64,000 nucleotides of DNA from a virus: the IMG/VR virus record IMGVR_UViG_3300048929_000185, positions 1 to 64,000 of that record; one strand, written 5' to 3'. The translations under genes were made by a program, and so were the position numbers. The notes below the pieces were generated by a model. That model did no database searches. It saw only the letters and a list, made by a program, of their open reading frames with translations, and was not told where the DNA came from. Below, piece after piece: positions 55,915-64,000 of this stretch (the first letter of the stretch is position 1; each line of letters begins with the position of its first letter).

Positions 55915-56670
55915 CTATCTATATTTCCACTCACTTACATAATCAAAGGCTACATCAAAATATTTTGGATTGAGATCCCTGTATGACGCACAACCATAAA
56001 GAGCCTTGAGTCCGTTCCACATATTAATGAAGTAACTTTTAGCATTCTCTTTATATTCCATGCTATGCGCTCCGCCTAACAAAGCACCAATTCTATCTTT
56101 TCCAGCCTTATAAATCTTCTGCTGTTGTCTTGTTGATAACGTCATATTATCCATTACGCAGGATAGTATTTCAAGCTGTTTATCAATAGTTTCTTCCATT
56201 CTGTTAATTTGTACTGTCTGAGTCTTCTGAATCTCTTTCATTTCCATGATTTGTCCTTCTAATCCAAGTGATGTATGAAGTGCTTCTTTCTGCTCACTTG
56301 TTTCGTAGAATGCTTTGTGAAGAACGTCTGTTGCTTCCAATTGATACTTTAGCAAAACACCTGTTGCTTCCGGATTCTTATTCAGCATAGATGGAGTAAG
56401 ATGAATTTGAGCCAACCACATAGGAACAAATCTTTCAATTAAAACAAATATTGTTCTTACCTGTCCGTCATATTTGACGGATAGCTCTTTCCAATTATTA
56501 TTAAATAACAAGTTCTTTTTTACCTTTTTTACTTCATTGTCCGCCTGATTGCCATTAAGTCCAATGTCTATTGACGCTTTTCTAATTGCTAACCAAATAT
56601 TTCCGTCTTCTGTCTTTACTCCTAATAATGTTTTCCCGTTGAACGGGACTTCTTTGATCTCTGTTTTCAT
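55915..56670 (-). CDS. Antirepressor (P22 AR-N-like plus ORF6C-like)
   Basis: EVPFNGKTLLGV...VPMWLAQI...YQLEA; C-terminal SYRDL..KYFD.AFDYVSEW. Confidence 0.85.
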   Translation of the reverse strand: MKTEIKEVPFNGKTLLGVKTEDGNIWLAIRKASIDIGLNGNQADNEVKKVKKNLLFNNNWKELSVKYDGQVRTIFVLIERFVPMWLAQIHLTPSMLNKNPEATGVLLKYQLEATDVLHKAFYETSEQKEALHTSLGLEGQIMEMKEIQKTQTVQINRMEETIDKQLEILSCVMDNMTLSTRQQQKIYKAGKDRIGALLGGAHSMEYKENAKSYFINMWNGLKALYGCASYRDLNPKYFDVAFDYVSEWKYR

Positions 56671-56804
56671 ATACTTTTTACCTTTTCCTTTTTATTCGAC
56701 ACACTCTTTCACAGCGGATTCACGTTGTTACCGCTTATACAAGGACTTTCACCTTATAGTTGTGGATGGATGAAATTTTCAATGTGCAAATAAGGGATTA
56801 ATAC

Positions 56805-56912
56805 TTGACTAAAGTAATTAGAATTGATAAACTAGACTAATCAAGTACGGCTTCGGCTAATCTTGTGTTGAATGGCGGTTTCAAGTTTTCCAGGCTGCGA
56901 ACCGCTATTCTT
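56805..56912 (+). ncRNA. Putative antisense/regulatory RNA in the antirepressor leader
   Basis: Plus-strand TTGACT-17-TAAACT (56805-33); terminal hairpin GCGGTT...AACCGC followed by a T-rich tail. Confidence 0.5.
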
Positions 56913-57066
56913 ATTTCTTCTTGTCATTCTCTCTTTCAACTAGAATCATTCTTACTAAATTTGAAAAGTTTGTGCCTTTCTCGGCAGCTTCCTTCTCCAA
57001 CGATTCCTCTAGTTCTTTTGAGATGTAAACGGACTTTCTAACTCCGTTCTGTTTTGGTTTAGCCAT
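56911..57066 (-). CDS. Ribbon-helix-helix (CopG-like) protein, 51 aa, absent from ORF track
   Basis: MAKPKQNGVRKSVYISKELEESLEKEAAEKGTNFSNLVRMIL; AAGGAGG RBS; promoter TTGACA (57112-17)-17-TAATAT. Confidence 0.8.
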   Translation of the reverse strand: MAKPKQNGVRKSVYISKELEESLEKEAAEKGTNFSNLVRMILVERENDKKK

Positions 57067-60000
57067 CTTTCAGCCTCCTTACATCATTATATTATCACTT
57101 TAACAAGTACCTGTCAAGCACTATTTTATGTATTTTGTGTTTATAAACGCCTTTAAAATCACGCTTCTATCTGTCTATTCAGCATTCAGTTCAACAGCAG
57201 CGCCTTCACAATTCCTAAATCTTAAAGTACCATCTTGTATCATTTCATACATGGCTGTTTTGAAACCAGAGTCTTCTCTTATAACTTGAATATTTAGTGG
57301 AAGAAAATCTTCTTCTAATATAAGATGAATTACTTCTGTTTTCTTGTTGTCGTAATAGACACTAACTGCATTTATAACTGAATTCAATACTTCACTATCA
57401 CAATTCGAGTTTCCCGCTTCCCATTTCCCCTGATCTTTAATTAAATATATTGATTCTTTCTGACCGCAACGTAATCTACCCTTAAAACATGAAGCGAAAT
57501 TCCCAACACTTCTATAAAATTTGAATTCTGAAAATTGATCCATTATATTCCCCTCTCTTTCTCAATAAAAGACTTCATTTATCAGTTTAATAATAAAAAA
57601 AGAAGCCATATTAAGCTTCTTATGTTTGTACGTCATCTAATACTTCTGAGATTGCTCTTTGTCTGTTTTTCATAAGCACATCATACATTAAATTTGGATT
57701 TTGCTTTTCTGGCATGACTATGATGTCAGATTCAAATGATTCCAGTCCTGTAATTATTATTTCATATGCCCACTTACCATCGACTTCATATTCAGTAAAA
57801 TCAACCGAATCGCTAAAAATAACATTTTTCTGTAAAATATTTATATTTTGTTTCTTACACAACATTTCAAAGTCGATATCTTCAAACCCTTGTATCTCAT
57901 ACTCTATTCCATCGTAAACAAATTTTACCATTGCCATAATTAAGTACCTCCATGTATTGATTATATTATCATAAGTATTTAATTACAAGCACATCATTAT
58001 AAATTCATCTGTGCTCATTGCTCCTTCATACCAACATACAATAGCTGGGTGTGCCTCTGATTGGTCGTTTAGATATTCCTCTAACTGATTCTGAAAATAT
58101 CTTAGCATCTTATGACCAAACGCTTGTTTGATCTTAATAAATTCTTTGCATTGCTCCAATACTCCGTATTTCATGTCGTTATCTCCTTTATATTTTATTT
58201 TTAGATAGTGCCTTGACAGCCTGTGACAGCCACGAGCCAGGAAACGCTCTTCAAGGCGGCTTATTCAATTCCCGTGCATGACAACGCTTAATATCTCGCT
58301 AAAACTCTTGCATGTAGCTAAATATTCATTACCTTTGTAAAACCTCAATCTCCCCGTTATTGGTCAGTTTATAACTAAATCTCAAATTACTCATGCTTTG
58401 CTGTCTCCTTTATCTGTGTAAATAACGCAACCGAAACAATTAATGACCATGCTGCCAATGTCCAGTTTCCGTCCTGATCTGGTAGCTTATATAAAACAAA
58501 AATGGAAAGCAATAGTAAAATGCCTCCCACGATCTTGTAGATCTTATTCAGTTTGTTTGACTTCTGTTTATGTATGACTGACCCATAATCGTATGAATTG
58601 TCGTAGTTCCTAACTGTGTCTACCATGAGCTACTCCTTTCTTGATATTAACTTTCTGATATCCTCCAATGCCTCTGTGAAGCTACTATGCCACATATAAT
58701 GCCCCTCAGTATCATAGACGTATATATCTTTGCCTTTAGTGGTTTTACCGCCGTTATCGCTCATATTTTTTCCTCTTTCCAATTATAAATTTGCCAATGA
58801 TATACCAGTAATTGAATTTTGCCTAAATCCGTTTTCCTTGCAGAAATCTTTCCATAATGAAGAAAGTTCTTTACACTTACGCTGAATGTAGTCAAATTGA
58901 TATGGAAGCACATCTAACTGCGTCTGATCATATTCTCCTTCAGTGTTTACAAAATCAATGTTGAAATTCCAGTAACCAAATTCGTCTGTTAGAATGACGC
59001 AGCTTGATGGGATTTCTATATTTTTAATAGCACTTTCAAATACCATTTAATTCCCTCCGTTTTAATAATAAAATGTGCTTTTTATTTGATGTTACAAGAT
59101 TCTTTTAACTCCCAATTTGCTTGCTCTGCATCTTTCTTGGTAACATAACACTCGATAACCGGATTAAATTCGTATCCCTCTTGGTCATATACAAGTGCAT
59201 ATTTCTTGCTAGGATAATATTTGCTTGTAAGAGGATTATCATTTTTAGATATATCTGTCACACCCTCAAAAGTACGTTTTACTATTTTAATATTAGTTAC
59301 CTGCATTCTTATTTCCTCCTTTAAAACCTGTTTTTTATCTGCACATATCAAATGGAATATAGTAACACTCACCATTACAAAGCATATATTCAAAGCCAAA
59401 TTTTGTTATCGTTGTAATAGTTCCGTTGATGTTATTTTCTCTCATGTATCTAGTAGCTAGACATTTTTCCATTCTATTCCCTCCTTAAAATCTATTTTTC
59501 ATGGTGTATTGACGCACCCATTTTATTGCCACATGAACACCTGATCTCCAATGTGATTTTTTCTAATTTGCCATTAATGGATTCACAATAATGATGTGTT
59601 GGCACTATCCAAGCTTCCTTTCCGCACCTATTGCATACAACACTAAAATCTTCATTATTTCCATATTCTTCTGTTCCAAATGGTCTAATCATTTTACATT
59701 CTCCTTTTCATTTTAAAATTACAATTTTAATTATATCCTAGACATGTTTTACAAGCTCCTACAAGCGCGTGATCCGTTAACATTTGTCTGGTAATAATTG
59801 CATAAGCTAATTGACGGTCGAGCAATGCTTTTTCTGTTAAGTGCTTGATTACATCGCTACCGTCTCCCATTTCAAAACAAGCATCGAATTCCCTGTCGTC
59901 TTCTCCTCTGCGTGGTCTTCCTGACTTTATCATACTGGCTGCTAATGTTGCTCTTGCTTTTGCGGTTTTTACTGTATATGGATTTCTTTTATTCATAATA

Positions 60001-60280
60001 TTTAAACCTTTCTTTTATTTTTATAAGCCATTGAAAATTACATTTTATTTACATTATTTCTACATTATACTTTTTACTATCTATTGCTTGACCCGTGTAT
60101 CCATCTCCACAAAAATCTGAAACATTCATTGCTTCGGTTTTATTCCCTGTGATTGCTAAAATCTTATAAAAAACAGTTTCGCTATGTGAATATTGAGATA
60201 TTTCATTGTTCTCTTTGTTTAACACTTTAAACATATTTATTGCCCTCTCTTTCCAAAGGAAACTTACTTTTGAACCGCTT

Positions 60281-60925
60281 CTATGCAAATACTTTTCCAT
60301 CTGATTCTCTTATTTTAAAGTTTCTATACTCGACCACTGGCTTCCCAAAATGTTCAACACAATCTTTAAAAAATCTTGCATCGAAACAGCTGTATTTTGA
60401 TTGACGTAAATTATCGCTTATTTTATTGTGTGTAACTTCTTCGGATAAATCATGCCAACCCTTATATATTGCAAGGCTGCAATCATAGAAATTAATATAC
60501 ACGTCAGAGCGTTTTATTGCCCTTTTAGCCGTTATTTTGATAGCATCAGTATATTGTGCATACTGGCAAGGTGAAACGCCTTTAAACACGATTTTATCAG
60601 CTACAGGGAAGCCAAATTCATTCATATAAACAAGAGTGTATTTGTTCCCTTTGATCAACTTGGCGTTGATAATTGCTTTCTGAAATGGTTCTGCATTCTC
60701 AATATAAAACTGCCTGAATTCGTCTACTGTGTCCGGTTCCATTTCTCCAGATTCTATAAAATAAGCAAGCACATTTTCGTCTGTCAATTCCCTTTGCCAT
60801 CTTTTGCAAAAAGAAAAGAGTAATTTTTCATACTCTTCTTTTGTATGTGCCTGTGATGTAACCGTAAAATATTCCTCTGCGATATGATTGTAAAATCCTG
60901 CGTTACTTCTGATATATGGCAACAT
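60281..60925 (-). CDS. Hypothetical phage protein
   Basis: 214-aa ORF on the coding strand with GGAGG RBS. Confidence 0.7.
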   Translation of the reverse strand: MLPYIRSNAGFYNHIAEEYFTVTSQAHTKEEYEKLLFSFCKRWQRELTDENVLAYFIESGEMEPDTVDEFRQFYIENAEPFQKAIINAKLIKGNKYTLVYMNEFGFPVADKIVFKGVSPCQYAQYTDAIKITAKRAIKRSDVYINFYDCSLAIYKGWHDLSEEVTHNKISDNLRQSKYSCFDARFFKDCVEHFGKPVVEYRNFKIRESDGKVFA

Positions 60926-61145
60926 GTTTATTCCTCCCGTACTTCTTGTTTATTGTCAATGTAATCATATAAATCTGCAAGAGTTTCAAAAGTCTCTGTA
61001 TAATCCTCTGGCGTTTGTAAATAAAAATATCGTATTTTCATGTTTTCAATCCAGATATATGTTTTGTATCCCTTATAATCACAATCTTCCAAATAAGCAG
61101 AAAAACTTGTTCTATTATATCTTGACATATTCTATATCCACCTCC

Positions 61146-61736
61146 TCAAACTAATAATAATGCTTCTTTTCTGTTTACATCTCTAAGATTGTGAAAATTC
61201 GGTTTCATGTTGCCTATATAAGTTGAACCGACAGGAGCAGTACAATAACCTAAATTAACCCAACCTTTTGGCATTTCTGTCATAACTTCAATACTTCTTT
61301 CTTTTGCAAATTCTTTTACTTTTCTAACCTTTTCTTCTGTAGCTGTTTCACCTATGGCACTTGAAAATAATCTGAACGTTTCGTCAATTAATTTTCCCTT
61401 GTTTTCTTCAGTTGCTTCATACATCCAGTCAAAATTTATAACTGCTCGTTTACCGTCTTCACTCCGCTTGCTCTGAGGATTATACATTATCCAGCATCTA
61501 CCCTCTGTATCTGTTACATACGTTGAAATACACCAATATGTTTCTAAAACTCTATCTATATATCCGTGCTGTTTCCACAAAACCGGAAGTGCATGACTCC
61601 CTCCCCAATTAGTGCACAATGATAGTTCAATCGTAAGTGTCTCACCTTTTGCATTTGGTTCTGCAAATTTATACCACCATACTCTTTCTGCTGACTGTTC
61701 TACTGTGTATTCTTTTTTCATGATAACTACCTCCAT
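61146..61736 (-). CDS. Hypothetical phage protein
   Basis: 196-aa ORF; likely start at the MKKEY methionine after GGAGG. Confidence 0.7.
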   Translation of the reverse strand: MEVVIMKKEYTVEQSAERVWWYKFAEPNAKGETLTIELSLCTNWGGSHALPVLWKQHGYIDRVLETYWCISTYVTDTEGRCWIMYNPQSKRSEDGKRAVINFDWMYEATEENKGKLIDETFRLFSSAIGETATEEKVRKVKEFAKERSIEVMTEMPKGWVNLGYCTAPVGSTYIGNMKPNFHNLRDVNRKEALLLV

Positions 61737-62785
61737 TTAATTTAACTTAATTATTCCCACTATTAAAGCCACCGGAACGCTGTCCAATGGCTTTAAACTG
61801 TGGATAAAAGTACTATTCTATGTGTATTAATGATTCTCTAACCACTTTCAAAAGTGCGGTAAAATTATCTTCATGTATTGTATAATCTGAATAATAGTTT
61901 TTAAGTTTCCAACCGCTTTTGCAACCAATGACGCACCAAAACCCATCATCATCTTTATATATATCTTTAATGGCAGCGTGATACTTTTTAGGTATCCTAT
62001 TTAATAATTTTTTATCCATATATGTTATCTCCTGTTTGTTTTAGGTTAAAATCCGCATTTTATTAAGCAAATAGGTTCATGGGTTTCATAGTCTTACTTG
62101 CTACCCAAGACTTCCAACCATATGAATAATAAACGTTTGTATATTCTGGATTTTCGTTACTGAATACGATTGCCTCTTCTTCAAAATCAAATGTATAAAA
62201 ATCATGCGTTTTGTTATCTGTATAACGTTCCATTTGATTACCTTCCCTTTTACTGTCAAAGAATAGTTTTATTTACTATTGTTTAAGTACGGAAAAACCT
62301 TTTTCGTTTTCCATATCGTAAAATAAACTTGCTTCTTCTAATGATATTTCATCTATTGATTCTATATCATGTGTTTTATAATGATATTTCATCATATCAG
62401 TTTTCAAGAAATTCCATACTTGTTCTCTTGATGGCTGTTCTACATCTGATTTAATGCAAATACCGTAACTATCAGTGAATAAAATTTCATAATACTTTGT
62501 GTTCTTGCAATATTTCATCTTCTTTTCCTCCTCATAAAATAATCGTTTAATTGGTTTAATACTTCAATGTAAAATCATCTGTTAAAAGAATGTCGTGTAC
62601 CCCTTTAATGAAATGAACGTATCCTTTCTGATTTATGTACCATTCCTGCCCCTTTGTGTTATAGATATTGTTTGATGTGTAACTACCTACAACACTGTTT
62701 ATAAGTTCTTCTTTTAGCTTTATACAAGCATTATTTGTATAGGCTTCTTTAATACAGTAGGCCATGTCATTTCCTCCATTCTACA

Positions 62786-62860
62786 CCTACGGACTTGTGA
62801 CCGTCTGACTTGCGTCAGGTGCATTAAAACGGCTATGTGTCAGCCGTTTCACTCTGCTGA
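62786..62860 (-). ncRNA. Twister ribozyme (circularly permuted, P5-type)
   Basis: GCA-GAGUG-AAACGGCU/AGCCGUUU-UAA-UGC-AC-CUGAC(GCAA)GUCAG-A-CGG-UCACAAGU-CCG: P1-P4 plus pseudoknots GUG/CAC and AC/GU. Confidence 0.85.
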
Positions 62861-63452
62861 TTAATAAGTATACATAGTTTCAATGTCTACCCATTTGTTA
62901 TTTTCTTCATTATAAAGTTTTCCGGTACAACCATCTAACCAACTAGCTTTTATAAACCAATCACCAGAAAACTCAAAGTATTTGTAAGAAATATTATAAT
63001 TTGCTTCAAGTAATTTTAATATTACTGTTTTAGGAACTCCTTCTCTTCCGGCAGATAAATAACATCCACATTCCCCTTCTTTTCTTGCTTCTTCAATTTT
63101 GTCTAAACATTTAATCAATGCTTTTGGTTCTGTCTCCATTCTCATATTTTCCGCTTTTGGCACATGAATTTCTTTGATTGTTCCGTTCTTTTTCATAATT
63201 ATTATTCTCTCTTTCCGCCACGTAAGGCTATAAAATTCGGTATTTATTGATTAGTCATTTCTTCGATTCTATTTGTTACCTGTTCAATTTTACCATCTAT
63301 TGCAATCAAGCTTGATACAAGCTGCCAGTCGTAACCGCTACCTAATTCCTTGCAAATCATTTCTCTTTTATCTTTCATTCTTTGTAAATCGGTAATTAAA
63401 TAATCAATCTGTTTCATATTTATGTCCTCTCTTTTCTGATAAAATGGATATT

Positions 63453-63629
63453 TTAACGTTCCCAATAGTAACCAGATCCGTCTAATAACGTAATCTGTAC
63501 GCCATCTGCGTCTGCTTGAATGTCTGCAACCTGATTCATGTCAATCATGTCTCCGTTTCCAAATCTGCCAAATAAAAAAGCACTTATGACAAGTGCGGTT
63601 GTGATGATTGCATATTTGATTTTTCTCAT
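63453..63629 (-). CDS. Small secreted/membrane-anchored protein (58 aa, absent from ORF track)
   Basis: MRKIKYAIITTALVISAFLFGR...; AAAGGTG RBS; stop codon lies inside the 18-bp site at 63439. Confidence 0.7.
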   Translation of the reverse strand: MRKIKYAIITTALVISAFLFGRFGNGDMIDMNQVADIQADADGVQITLLDGSGYYWER

Positions 63630-64000
63630 ATTTATACACCTTTCTTTATAATTATTCGCTTAATAGAAATGAGCCTATAACCTGTAACAGCTATAAGCCC
63701 TTGTTTCACGCTTCAATTTTCAAATCGTTAAACATTTCATTTACGTCCGTTTCGTAATATTCACACAAGGCTGAAAACGACTTAATAACGCATTGCCATT
63801 CATCTTCCTTTACATATTGTAACCATGGTTGCTTTCCTCTGTTCTGTAAATCAATGTGGTATTTATTTTTGAGTTGTTTGTATAAGTCGTTCCATACTTT
63901 ACCATAACCTACGTGTGCGTACTTGGAAAGCTTTCTGACTGCAAAATTAATACGGCTTCTATCTTCCCATTCAAGGATTCCATTTGCAAGCGCCTTGTTT

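Larger units (their letters stand above)
7651..63456. repeat. Dispersed 18-bp palindromic site WTRAAA-N6-TTTYAW, about 60 copies at gene boundaries
   Basis: Examples: 17857 ATGAAAggtttcTTTCAT, 18604 TTGAAAcgtcggTTTCAA, 24893 ATGAAAcccaaaTTTCAA, 14064 TTGAAActaccaTTTTAT, 62046 TTAAAAtccgcaTTTTAT. Confidence 0.85.
1..64000 (-). mobile_element. Large temperate bacteriophage segment (SPbeta-like): integration, nucleotide metabolism, replication and early/accessory regions
   Basis: Single coding strand, dense small ORFs, integrase/xis/attP, phage-type dnaE-primase-helicase-SSB-Sak, YopX, antirepressors, homing endonucleases; no host-like housekeeping operons. Confidence 0.95.

Noticed and set aside
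58215-58250. Hammerhead ribozyme (CTGTGA...GAAAC)
   Set aside because: The core is not CUGAnGA and stems II/III cannot be formed convincingly.
8899-60300. N-terminal extensions of several called ORFs (starts at 9339, 12249, 23200, 37518, 49149, 59399, 60300)
   Set aside because: They come from upstream in-frame starts, sometimes within 18-bp site arms; better RBS-linked starts lie downstream.
1699-61154. All plus-strand ORFs in the six-frame track
   Set aside because: Antisense shadows of minus-strand genes: Ser/Phe/Ile/Leu-rich, with no RBS or recognisable motifs.
7651-63456. 18-bp sites as intrinsic terminators or CRISPR repeats
   Set aside because: Arms are AU-rich and often mismatched, so too weak as RNA stems; spacing follows gene length rather than a fixed period.
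1-64000. Stop-codon reassignment
   Set aside because: Long genes are intact in code 11, and TAA, TAG and TGA all end genes at expected positions.

Overview
AT-rich 64-kb segment of a large temperate Firmicute phage (SPbeta-like organisation; host probably Clostridia/Lachnospiraceae, inferred). Essentially all genes are on the minus strand and there are no virion genes. From left to right: a 27-bp-arm palindrome at the window edge; an attP-like site (3' end of tmRNA/tRNA-Ala) with integrase and excisionase; a nucleotide-metabolism block (dut, nrdG/nrdD/glutaredoxin, thyX-like); three DNA methyltransferases; a replication block (dnaE, nuclease, primase, helicase, SSB, Sak-like); a lysogeny-control region (MrpR/YopR-like repressor, MazF, LexA-type boxes, antirepressors, a second tyrosine recombinase); and long runs of tiny accessory genes. 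The most notable unannotated structures are: (1) a plus-strand ~110-nt small RNA (46401-46511) complementary to three hairpin-plus-13-mer elements at the entry of three operons, with a MazF-type UACAU site in its seed; (2) about 60 copies of an 18-bp site, WTRAAA-N6-TTTYAW, at accessory-gene boundaries, suggestive of an integron-like cassette system; (3) palindrome-loaded leaders on all three methyltransferases; (4) four near-identical operator-containing promoters; (5) a twister ribozyme. All calls are by eye, with no database searches.
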